Shown: in pieces, positions 10,345 through 18,221 of the stretch
Numbering within the stretch: the stretch's first letter is position 1
Layout: each line of letters starts with the position of its first letter
Assembly: GCA_963696165.1 (NCBI GenBank)
Contig: CAVOIY010000004.1
Span: forward strand, 44,753 to 108,752
From: an uncultured Acidobacteriota bacterium
GTDB taxonomy: Bacteria; Acidobacteriota; Vicinamibacteria; Vicinamibacterales; CAVVIG01
Reading direction: 5' to 3'
Length of the DNA: 64,000 nt
Made by a program: the position numbers and the translations under genes
Notes under the pieces: model-generated
What the model saw: the letters and a program-made list of their open reading frames with translations, nothing else
The model's database searches: none
Told to the model about the DNA's origin: nothing

Positions 10345-10552
10345 ACGCGACGCCCACTTCCGGTACGCCGAGGACGGACGCGGGCCGCTCAAGAGATCCG
10401 GCACTCGATTCTCGGACGATCGAATGTATCGCGCCGTCGCCGGCGTCCACGCCGGTCCAGTTCAACGTCGCCGCCAACGCATCGAACAACTACGATCGCC
10501 GCTCGGCGATTTCATTTACGTGAAATCTGTCCCCACGGCGCCGCAGCGATGA
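10345..10552 (+). pseudogene. 3' remnant of a paralog of the CXXCH gene at 6232..6795
   Basis: 10409-10552 aligns to 6651-6795 at roughly 75-80% nt identity by eye, and both end in CGATGA. Peptide ..TIECIAPSPASTPVQFNVAANASNNYD.. versus ..TIEWTAPSPASAPVQFNVAANASNNDD... A 1-nt gap breaks the frame before ..PLGDFIY. There is no N-terminal part and no CXXCH motif. Confidence 0.65.
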
Positions 10553-11028
10553 ACCACAGCGCGGAACGAATCGCCACGGCCGTGAACTCCGTGATCGTCA
10601 TGTTCGCCCCCGCGGTCGCGATGCTGACTTTTTCAGGTGCGAGCAATTCGGTGACTGTGCACGCGCCGGGTGCATCGCCATTCATCAACGCGACCCGCTC
10701 CGCACTCATGTACGCCGCAGTCGTGTCGCCGTTTGCCGTCGCCGCAGGCTGGCGCACGTGGGTGCACGCGCAGCAGCGACGAGAGCGTCGTACGAGCGGG
10801 CTGCAAGGCATCGCTGAGGCCGGAGTGCTGGGATTCTCGATCGTTTTTGTGCCGATCGCGCTTGCGGTCTCGTCTCATCTCGCGGAGCGCCCGTGGCTCA
10901 CAATCGGATATGCGCTGTTCTACGCCGGCATCGGCCTCGCAGTGGGAGTTGTCGTAGGCTCAGTTCTCTGGGTCATCGCTACAGGCGTTCTCGCCTTGTG
11001 GGGCCGCGTGCCGACTTCATCAACGTGA
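10549..11028 (+). CDS. small integral membrane protein, unknown function
   Basis: ATG 10549 overlaps the remnant's TGA (ATGA). 159 aa with about four hydrophobic helices (VIVMFAPAVAMLTF, AGVLGFSIVFVPIALAV, LFYAGIGLAVGVVVGSVLWVIATGVLALW). No family recognised. Confidence 0.55.
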   Translation: MNHSAERIATAVNSVIVMFAPAVAMLTFSGASNSVTVHAPGASPFINATRSALMYAAVVSPFAVAAGWRTWVHAQQRRERRTSGLQGIAEAGVLGFSIVFVPIALAVSSHLAERPWLTIGYALFYAGIGLAVGVVVGSVLWVIATGVLALWGRVPTSST

Positions 11029-12606
11029 GAGCCGTCCGACGCGCGCCAGCGCGTTGGAAACCTCCGGTAGCCGGAACGCGTACGCCGCCGCGAAAAACAC
11101 GAGCCCGTACGGCGCGAGGATGAGCGTCGCGGCGACGATTGGATGGACCGGCGGCACGGAAATCTTCACAGCCCACGCAACCGCGGCGCCGGCGACCGCC
11201 GACGTCCATAGTTTCGCGACGTAAGACGCCGGCAACCCGGTCGTTCCGATGCGCGCATTCATCGTGCGCCGCAACAGCAGCATCTCAACCCACCCGGCGA
11301 TACCGGCCGACGCCGTCAGCCCCGCAGCGCCCCACGATTGATCGATGCCGATTGCGCGCGGCAGCGGTATCGCAAACAGGTAGCCGAGCACCGTCGTGAT
11401 CGCGACGCGGACGATCGCGTATTTGAGCGGCGTCCGCGTGTCGCGCAACGCGTAGTAAGTCGAGGAATAGAGTCGCCCGAGAGTCTGCGCGAGCAGCCCA
11501 ACGGCGGACCCGGCGAGAATTCCCCAGACGTACACCGAATCCGACCGGCTGAAGCGGCCGGTTTCGAAGAGCGCCCCTGCGATCACGTCGCCCAGTGCGA
11601 TAAACGCGACGGCCGAAGGCACCACGAAGAACGCGATCTGTCGCAGGCCCGCTGCAAGCCGCGCACGCAGTGCTGCAAGTCCTGCGGCATCGGCCCCCCC
11701 AATGCCCGACATCGCCGGCAGCTCCGCGGCCGACACCGACATGCCGAACAGGCTCACCGGCAGCACATACAGCATCTGCGCGTTGGACAGCGCGGCAACG
11801 GCGCCGGTCGGCAGAAGCGTGGCCAGCAGCGTATCGACGTAGACGCTCACCTGCACGACACCCCGGCTGATGAACACCGGCACGAAATTGCGGACGACGA
11901 CGCGGACGTCGTCGGAAGCGGTGTCGAGGGCGAAGCGCAAATTGGGCGCGATGCGGAAGACCGTCGGCAGCTGTATGCCGAACTGCATCACGCTGCCAGC
12001 GACGGCGCCCCACGCCAGGAGCTCGGCAAGGCGTGGGAGCGGCGTGCCGCGGCCGAACGCGATGAGCGTGACGATCATCGCCGCGTTCATCAGCACGGGC
12101 GCCGTGTAGGACAGCAGAAAGTGGTGATGACTGTTCAGCACGCCGAGGCACCACGCCGAGAGCACGAGCATGCCGAGGGCCGGAAACAGAATGCGAACGA
12201 GCTGGATCGTCAGCGCGCGCTTCTCGCCGGTGAATCCTGGCGCGACGGCGTCGATGATCCACGGGGTCGCAAAGACGCCGACGAGCACGATTACCGACAC
12301 CATGAGCGCGAGCAGTGAGGCGACAGCTCCGGCTACGCGGTCGGCCTCGCGCCCCTCTCCGCGCGACACGAGCCGCGCATACACCGGGATGAACGACGCG
12401 GAGAGCACGCCTTCGCCGAAAACGTTCTGCAGGAAATTCGGGATGCGAAACGCGGCGCTCCAGGCGTCCGCTTCGAGCTCGAGACCGAAGTAGTGCGCAA
12501 TGACGCGCTGTCGAATCAGCCCGGTGATGCGACTGCAGAAGATACCGAGCGCGACGAAGGACGCGGAGCGGCCGGTTCGCGGCGGAGATGTGGCTTGGTG
12601 TGCCAC
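11020..12606 (-). CDS. murJ: lipid II flippase MurJ
   Basis: Intact 528-aa polytopic protein. The N-terminal region ..SRITGLIRQRVIAHYFGLELEADAWSAAFRIPNFLQNVFGEGVLSASFIPVY.. is the MurJ/MviN signature as I recall it. Confidence 0.9.
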   Translation of the reverse strand: MAHQATSPPRTGRSASFVALGIFCSRITGLIRQRVIAHYFGLELEADAWSAAFRIPNFLQNVFGEGVLSASFIPVYARLVSRGEGREADRVAGAVASLLALMVSVIVLVGVFATPWIIDAVAPGFTGEKRALTIQLVRILFPALGMLVLSAWCLGVLNSHHHFLLSYTAPVLMNAAMIVTLIAFGRGTPLPRLAELLAWGAVAGSVMQFGIQLPTVFRIAPNLRFALDTASDDVRVVVRNFVPVFISRGVVQVSVYVDTLLATLLPTGAVAALSNAQMLYVLPVSLFGMSVSAAELPAMSGIGGADAAGLAALRARLAAGLRQIAFFVVPSAVAFIALGDVIAGALFETGRFSRSDSVYVWGILAGSAVGLLAQTLGRLYSSTYYALRDTRTPLKYAIVRVAITTVLGYLFAIPLPRAIGIDQSWGAAGLTASAGIAGWVEMLLLRRTMNARIGTTGLPASYVAKLWTSAVAGAAVAWAVKISVPPVHPIVAATLILAPYGLVFFAAAYAFRLPEVSNALARVGRLSR

Positions 12607-12625
12607 TGCTAACTTTTCTTACTCT

Positions 12626-12700
12626 CTCGCGGGGCCCCACCCCCGCTCGATAACGCCTTCGCGCCGTGGCGCTCGGCGTATCTAGAACAGAACGTCGCAG
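12626..12700 (-). repeat. 75-nt REP-like palindromic element, copy 1
   Basis: CTCGCGGGGCCCCACCCCCGCTCGATAACGCCTTCGCGCCGTGGCGCTCGGCGTATCTAGAACAGAACGTCGCAG differs at 4 of 75 positions from 45531-45605. Contains the nested palindrome ACGCC-TTC-GCGCC-GT-GGCGC-TC-GGCGT. Lies 20 nt upstream of the murJ start. Confidence 0.85.
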
Positions 12701-12843
12701 TGGGACACTCTCCATCGAACGCATTGATGAAATGCCGCTCGGGGCATCTAGAGGACCTCGCAGAGCAGATACCGCGTCCGATGCGTGACCGCGGGCGACC
12801 TGCGGCGCAGTCCCCGTGGGAGCGGCGCGTCGCACGCGGCAGA

Positions 12844-12930
12844 CGGGAAACCGCCAGCGCAGGGCCGAGTCCAGGCCAGGTCACGGACCTGGCCGGCGCT
12901 GTGCCCATATCCCGGAGCGGCGGTTTCCCG
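12844..12930. other. 87-nt nested stem-loop in the 390-nt non-coding prfB-murJ spacer
   Basis: Perfect 12-bp inverted repeat CGGGAAACCGCC (12844-12855) / GGCGGTTTCCCG (12919-12930). It encloses a 9-bp hairpin, GGCCAGGTC-ACG-GACCTGGCC (12874-12894). Confidence 0.6.
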
Positions 12931-12999
12931 CGCCGTCGACCCCGGGGACGCCCGTCGCAGGTCGCTCGCGATCGGGCGGACGCGGCCCGGACAGACTGC

Positions 13000-14137
13000 T
13001 CAATCAGCATCGTCGTCAGCGGCAGGTTCTCCGAGGGTGCCGGTGGATTTCTTCATCAGGTACGATTTGATCAACCCGTCGAGATCTCCGTCGAGGACGC
13101 GGTTCACGTCGCCGATCTGCTCCTTCGTCCGATGATCCTTGACGAGCTGATACGGATGCAGCACGTAGCTCCTGATCTGGCTGCCGAATGCGATTTCTTT
13201 CTTCGCGCCGCCGATCTGTTCGAGCTTCGCCTGGTTCTCTTTCATCTTGAGATCGTACAGGCGCGCCTTGAGCACGCGCATCGCGGAATCGCGGTTGCGA
13301 TGCTGCGATCGCTCGTTCTGGCATGACACGACCATCCCGGTCGGCAAGTGTGTGATGCGGACCGCGGAGTCTGTCACGTTGACGTGCTGGCCGCCGGCGC
13401 CGCTCGATCGATACGTATCGATGCGAAGATCTTTCTCTTCGACCTGGATGTCGACGTCTTCCGGCAGTTCGGGCCAGACGTACACGGAGGCAAACGACGT
13501 ATGGCGGCGCGCCGCCTGGTCGAAGGGCGAAATCCTGACGAGCCGATGCACGCCGGCTTCGGCCGAGAGCAGGCCGTAGGCGTATTCGCCCGACACGGTC
13601 AACGTCGCGCTCTTCAGCCCGGCTTCGTCGCCTGGCTGGTAGTCGATCATCTCGCGCTTGAACCCTCGACGCTCCGTCCAGCGAAGGTACATCCGCAGCA
13701 GCATCTCGGCCCAATCCTGAGACTCGGTGCCTCCCGCGCCGGGATGAATCGTGAGGATCGCGTTCGTCCGGTCGTGCTCGCCGCCGAGCATCTTCTTGAT
13801 CTCGCCCGCCTGCACTTCCTCGGCGAGCACGTCGAGCGCTTGCGCGAACTCGGCGTCGACCGGCTCGCCCGCGTCAGCCCATTCGACGAGAACGGCGAGA
13901 TCGTCGCTGCGCTTCTTCAGCGACAGCACGAGGTCCCGGTCCTGCTCCAGACGGCGGCGTCGCTGAAGGACCTTCTGAGCTTCGGCCTGATCTTTCCAGA
14001 AATCGGGCGCGGCGGCGCGCGCTTCGAGGCGGGTCAGTTCGTCGTCCGGGCGTGCGGATTCAAAGATAACTCCGCAGGTCGGTCGCGCGTTTGGTGAGGT
14101 CCGTGTAGCGGCGCATCAAATCTTCGACGGTGGGCAT
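13000..14137 (-). CDS. prfB: peptide chain release factor 2, expressed via programmed +1 frameshift
   Basis: ORF0 is ATG 14137 .. MPTVEDLMRRYTDLTKRATDLRSYL-TGA. The +1 frame continues ESARPDDELTRLEARAAAPDFWKDQAEAQKVL.. into ORF 13000..13929, which has the RF2 body (..SGAGGQHVNVTDSAVRITHLPTG..). Confidence 0.95.
14060..14073 (-). promoter_or_regulatory. prfB +1 recoding site: SD-like GGAG, spacer, slippery CTT followed by in-frame TGA
   Basis: The minus strand reads CGG AGT TAT CTT TGA A. Compare the E. coli prfB site AGG GGG TAT CTT TGA C (from memory). Confidence 0.9.
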
Positions 14138-14157
14138 GATCTCTCCGATCAACTGTT

Positions 14158-14249
14158 ATCACGAAGTCACGAAGCCGCCACGAAGTTCACGAAACAATTC
14201 TGTACAGAACGTGGTTCGTGCGCTTCGTGATTCTTCGTGCCTTCGTGAT
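14158..14249 (-). repeat. CACGAAG/CTTCGTG-family palindromic element (copy A1) between lnt and prfB
   Basis: Read on the minus strand it starts ATCACGAAGGCACGAAGAATCACGAA (identical 26 nt to 51157-51182) and ends ..CTTCGTGAT. Central palindrome TTCTGTACAGAA. Begins 8 nt after the lnt stop. Confidence 0.85.
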
Positions 14250-14257
14250 GAGGCGAC

Positions 14258-15739
14258 CTATTGTACACGCCGCCGCACGACGACCAGCAATGCGATCGTC
14301 AGCACCACCGATGCGTATGCGAACACATCGCCGAGTCTGGAGTAGACGGTGGCGGCGGTGAGAAAGCGCGCCTCGCCGACGACGACCGACGGCTCGTAGA
14401 TCCGCGTTTCGATCAGCACGCGGCCGTAGGGATCGACCACGCCGCTGATACCGGTATTCGCGGACCGAACGAGGTACCGGCCTTCCTCGATCGCACGCAT
14501 CGAAGCCTGCGCGAAGTGCTGATAGGGCGCGGACGTCCTGCCGAACCACGCGTCGTTGGTGATCGTGGAGAGGAGCTCGCTCCCGGCGGCGACAAACTGC
14601 CGTACCAGATCCGGATACACGATCTCGTAGCAAATCGCCGTGCTCATCAGATGTGTCGTCTCCGGACCTGGTTTGGTCGCCGAGCCATCCGCCTTTAGCC
14701 GTACTTCGAGCAGCGCTGCACTCTCGCCGGGCGAGAAGTCCGACACGGCCTGCACGAGCGGCGCCGCAAAGAAGAACAGCTGCTTGAGCGGCACGTACTC
14801 GCCGAATGGAACGAGGTGCATTTTCCGGTAGAAACCGGCCGTCGTACCGTCGGCCCGGACGAGAAAGGCCGAGTTGTAGTATTTCGTCGGCACGCGCTGC
14901 CCGTTCCTCGTTTCCCACCCGATCTGATCGCTTCCGAGCAGAATCGGCACGTGCGCCTGCCGCGCGAGCGTGCGCACCTGGTCCGCGCCGGGCCGATCCT
15001 CCTCGAAATAAAACGGGGTGGACGACTCCGGCCACAACACGAGCTCTGCGCCCTCTCCGATTGCCTGACGCGTCATCCGGAGATAGCTCTGAAAGATAGC
15101 TGGCTGGCGTGCAGGATCTTCGCGCTCGCTCTGCTCCACGTTTCCCTGAACCAGGCCGATGCGCACCACGTCACCTTGCCGCGTCAACTCGCTTCGCTTC
15201 ACGCGGACGCTGCCCCATCCCGCAACGGCAACGATGATCGCCGCCACGGCGGCGAATGGCAGGTACGGTGTCCAGCGATCCGCGGGAGACGTCCGGCTAA
15301 AGCCGGACGCTACGTTCGTCGCGGCTACGGTCGTCGCGGCGAAGGCGAGCGCCGCGCTCGTCGAGGCGACAAGCGCGGATACGCCGAACACGCCGACCAG
15401 GCTCGCAAGCTGAGCGATCGGGAGCACCGTGACCTGACTGTATCCGAGCAGCACCCAGGGGAAACCGGTGAATAGATGCGTGCGCCCCAGTTCGGTCGCG
15501 GTCCAGACAAACGGCGCCGTCAGCATCGCCGTGCGGCCAGTCGCAGTCAGCAGACGGCGCATGACCATCGCAAAGACGGCCGGGAAGAGCGCCAGGTACG
15601 CGATGAGCGCGGCGTTCACGAGCACTGCGACCCACGCTTGCAGGCCGCCGTACACCATCATCACGCGCGTGATCCAGTAGAGGGTGCCGCTGAAGTACAC
15701 GGCGCCCGCGACGAGCCCGAGCGCGAACGCGCGAAGCAT
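14258..15739 (-). CDS. lnt: apolipoprotein N-acyltransferase (start codon unresolved; frame stays open to about 15846)
   Basis: Polytopic N-terminus plus a CN-hydrolase domain (..VLWPESS.., ..STAICYEIVYPDL..). Upstream of ATG 15739 the same frame encodes the expected first helix ..ALAVLSGALLALSFPKFGHPAIGWIALAPLLVALASART, but it contains no ATG/GTG/TTG. Confidence 0.85.
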   Translation of the reverse strand: MLRAFALGLVAGAVYFSGTLYWITRVMMVYGGLQAWVAVLVNAALIAYLALFPAVFAMVMRRLLTATGRTAMLTAPFVWTATELGRTHLFTGFPWVLLGYSQVTVLPIAQLASLVGVFGVSALVASTSAALAFAATTVAATNVASGFSRTSPADRWTPYLPFAAVAAIIVAVAGWGSVRVKRSELTRQGDVVRIGLVQGNVEQSEREDPARQPAIFQSYLRMTRQAIGEGAELVLWPESSTPFYFEEDRPGADQVRTLARQAHVPILLGSDQIGWETRNGQRVPTKYYNSAFLVRADGTTAGFYRKMHLVPFGEYVPLKQLFFFAAPLVQAVSDFSPGESAALLEVRLKADGSATKPGPETTHLMSTAICYEIVYPDLVRQFVAAGSELLSTITNDAWFGRTSAPYQHFAQASMRAIEEGRYLVRSANTGISGVVDPYGRVLIETRIYEPSVVVGEARFLTAATVYSRLGDVFAYASVVLTIALLVVVRRRVQ

Positions 15740-15849
15740 CGTGCGCGCGGATGCGAGCGCGACGAGCAGCGGCGCGAGCGCAATCCAACCGATAGCGGGG
15801 TGGCCGAATTTTGGGAAGCTGAGCGCGAGCAGCGCGCCGGACAGAACTG

Positions 15850-16584
15850 CTAACGCGTAATCCAGGGCTTGTACGACTCTTCTTTTTGCAGCCTGGCAGC
15901 CACTGGTTCCGCATCATGCCGCGTTTTGAACTTGCCCACGCGGACGCGGTACATCGCAGCGCCGTTGCCCGGCGGCTCGACGTAGGCCCGATAGCCCTTC
16001 GAGGTCAGACGTCGAGCGATGGCTTCCGCCTCACCGCGGGCGTTGTACGCGGCGATCTGCACAGTGAACTCAGAGGACGCGTCAGCAGCGGCCGGGGTCG
16101 CCGGAGCGGGCTTTTGCGGCGCCGCTTTTTGCGGGGCCGGAGCCGCCAGTGCGGAGGCCTTCTGCGGTAGCGGCGTTGGCTTCTGCGGCACGAGTGCCGG
16201 CTTTTCGAGCGGCGCGGGCTTGTCGCCCTTCTTCAGTGCCTCTTTGGTGCCTTTGGAGTTCTCGAGGCGGTCCGGGTACGTCAGCGGCACTTCGTCGGCG
16301 GGCGCCGGAGGCGCCGCGTTCCGCGGGTCAGTGTCGGCTGGCGGCGGCGCCGGCTGAGAGGTCCGACCGGTCGTCGGCTCGGTGAGCGGCGCTGATGCAA
16401 CCGTCCCGTCGCTCAGAGGGCGCTCGGCGCGCACGCCGCGCCCGACGAGGACGCCGCACAAGAAGATCACAACCGACACCACGGTTGCCGCCATGAACAG
16501 GAATACGAGCTGCTTCCCGTTCAGCTGTATCTCGTGAAAGCCGTCGTCTTGGGAATGGTGCGCCAAACGCGGGGATTGTACCAC
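15850..16584 (-). CDS. SPOR-domain membrane protein with Pro/Ala/Lys-rich linker
   Basis: GTG 16584 (in frame, just downstream of the TPR gene stop). TM helix LVFLFMAATVVSVVIFLCGVLVG, a low-complexity linker, and a C-terminal SPOR fold ..FTVQIAAYNARGEAEAIARRLTSKGYRAYV..YRVRVGKFKTRHDAEPVAARL... Confidence 0.8.
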   Translation of the reverse strand: MVQSPRLAHHSQDDGFHEIQLNGKQLVFLFMAATVVSVVIFLCGVLVGRGVRAERPLSDGTVASAPLTEPTTGRTSQPAPPPADTDPRNAAPPAPADEVPLTYPDRLENSKGTKEALKKGDKPAPLEKPALVPQKPTPLPQKASALAAPAPQKAAPQKPAPATPAAADASSEFTVQIAAYNARGEAEAIARRLTSKGYRAYVEPPGNGAAMYRVRVGKFKTRHDAEPVAARLQKEESYKPWITR

Positions 16585-16598
16585 GGCCGCGCGCGATG

Positions 16599-18221
16599 TT
16601 AATGCTTCTGCCCCGCTCTTTCGATCAGCTTCTTCGCGTCGGCCGACGCCGGATCGAGCGCGAGCGCGCGCTCCCCTTCCGCCCGCGCGGCCGCGGCATC
16701 CTTCGCCTGCAGGTACGCATCGCCGAGCGCGACGTGCGCCTCCGCCGTTTCGTGGCTCCAGAGCGAGATCTTGAACGCGTCCATCGCTTCGTGGACGCGT
16801 CCGTTCCGCAAATGAATGCGGCCGATGAGGAGATGCGCCGCCGGCTCGTACGGCGACAGGAAAAGCGTGCGGTTCAGCTCGATGAGCGCCTCGCGATCGT
16901 TTTCGTGATCGAAGAGCCGCTTTCCACGATCGAGATAAAAGCGGGCGAGCTCCTGCTGATCGCGCTGTTCGGTCGAGGTCACCGCCTGATCGACGCGCTG
17001 CGCGTGCGGCAGTTCGACGTCGCTCTTCACCCTTTCGAGCCCCTTCGGCACGGCCTCGGCGGCCGGTCGTTTGTCCCACTGCTCGTACACCGACGAGAGC
17101 CGCTTCGCCAGCTCCTTCTCGCGCGCGGCCTCCGCCGCGTGCCCCGCCGCGGACAACGCCGAGCCCAGAATGAAGTGGGCCTCGCCGTCGGCGGGATTGC
17201 GCCGCACTGCCTCCCGCAGCCAGTAAATCACCGCCTGCGTGTCGCGCTGCGTCCAGTACGCGTACCCAATGTTGAAGAAGTAATCCGGGTCTGTGGGATC
17301 GATTTCGGCCGCGCGGTTGAAATAGTACGTCGACTGGCCGGTTTGCGGCGTCGGGCCGCGCCGAAGCTGCACGACGCCGAGGTTGTTCAGCACCGGTGCT
17401 GTCGTGGCGGCATCGTTCAAACCCCTGAACGTCGCGAACGCCTCGTCGTTCTTGTTGAGCGCGAGCTCAGACAAGCCCGCACAAAACCTCGCGCGCCGAA
17501 ACCATGGCGACGCCGCCGCCACCGGCTTCACCGCCTCGAGGGCACGATCGTGCTCGCCTTGATCCGTTTGGACGGCCCAGAGCGCGAGTCGCGCACGATC
17601 GAAATCTGGTTGAAGGCCGAGCGCCGCATTCAAGTAATTGATCGCGGTCGCAGGTGTTTCCGCCAGAAGGCCTTTGATGTATCGCTCGAACGCCGGCAAC
17701 GACGGCTGTTGCGCGGCCGCGGGCGCATTCTTGGCGGGAGGGGATCGTGGACTGAGCCGGCGAGCGACCCGTTCGTAAATCGCGAAGAGCTCCGGCATCG
17801 GGCCGCGATCGGTGACGTCGGTGTCGACGCGTCCGTTGTCCAGCCCGATGCTGCGCGCGTGGACGACCAGCGTATCGCCATCCAATTGCAGCGACCCGAC
17901 CACGACCTGAGCGGCGCCGATCAGTTGACCGATTCGAATGACGGTGGCGTCGGTCAGCGCCGCCGCGCGCGGAACTTGGAGGCGCTCGAACGCCTGAACC
18001 CGTTCATCCCGAGTGACCGCCGGCGAGCCGAGCGCGTTCAGGTCGTCGGCCAGGAGCACCGCGGACGCTTCGCCAAGCCACACGGTGCGCGCGTCGCGCG
18101 GGGTGTTGTCGAACGGCATGACGAGGATTCGGCGCGGCTCGGGCAGAGGCTGAATCCGCAGCTGGGCGCCAGCGGCTGCGCTCGACAAGAGCACAAACGC
18201 GATTGCGACGGCGCGGTTCAC
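16599..18221 (-). CDS. secreted tetratricopeptide-repeat protein
   Basis: GTG 18221 is preceded by GGAG. Signal peptide VNRAVAIAFVLLSSAAAGA, then multiple TPR-like helical hairpins through to ...ADAKKLIERAGQKH*. The frame is intact. Confidence 0.75.
   Translation of the reverse strand: MNRAVAIAFVLLSSAAAGAQLRIQPLPEPRRILVMPFDNTPRDARTVWLGEASAVLLADDLNALGSPAVTRDERVQAFERLQVPRAAALTDATVIRIGQLIGAAQVVVGSLQLDGDTLVVHARSIGLDNGRVDTDVTDRGPMPELFAIYERVARRLSPRSPPAKNAPAAAQQPSLPAFERYIKGLLAETPATAINYLNAALGLQPDFDRARLALWAVQTDQGEHDRALEAVKPVAAASPWFRRARFCAGLSELALNKNDEAFATFRGLNDAATTAPVLNNLGVVQLRRGPTPQTGQSTYYFNRAAEIDPTDPDYFFNIGYAYWTQRDTQAVIYWLREAVRRNPADGEAHFILGSALSAAGHAAEAAREKELAKRLSSVYEQWDKRPAAEAVPKGLERVKSDVELPHAQRVDQAVTSTEQRDQQELARFYLDRGKRLFDHENDREALIELNRTLFLSPYEPAAHLLIGRIHLRNGRVHEAMDAFKISLWSHETAEAHVALGDAYLQAKDAAAARAEGERALALDPASADAKKLIERAGQKH

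Noticed and set aside
6651-10552. Considered a diversity-generating retroelement, because a repeat pair has one copy at the 3' end of a gene (VR/TR-like).
   Set aside because: Mismatches between the two copies involve all bases, not selectively adenines. There is a 1-nt gap and divergent tails. No reverse transcriptase gene is present.
12844-12930. Considered SRP (4.5S) RNA, 6S RNA, tRNA or a riboswitch for the nested hairpin.
   Set aside because: It lacks the SRP domain-IV GGAA/AGCA motifs, tRNA T-loop/D-loop signatures and any riboswitch core that I recognise on either strand. It is kept only as an unassigned structure.
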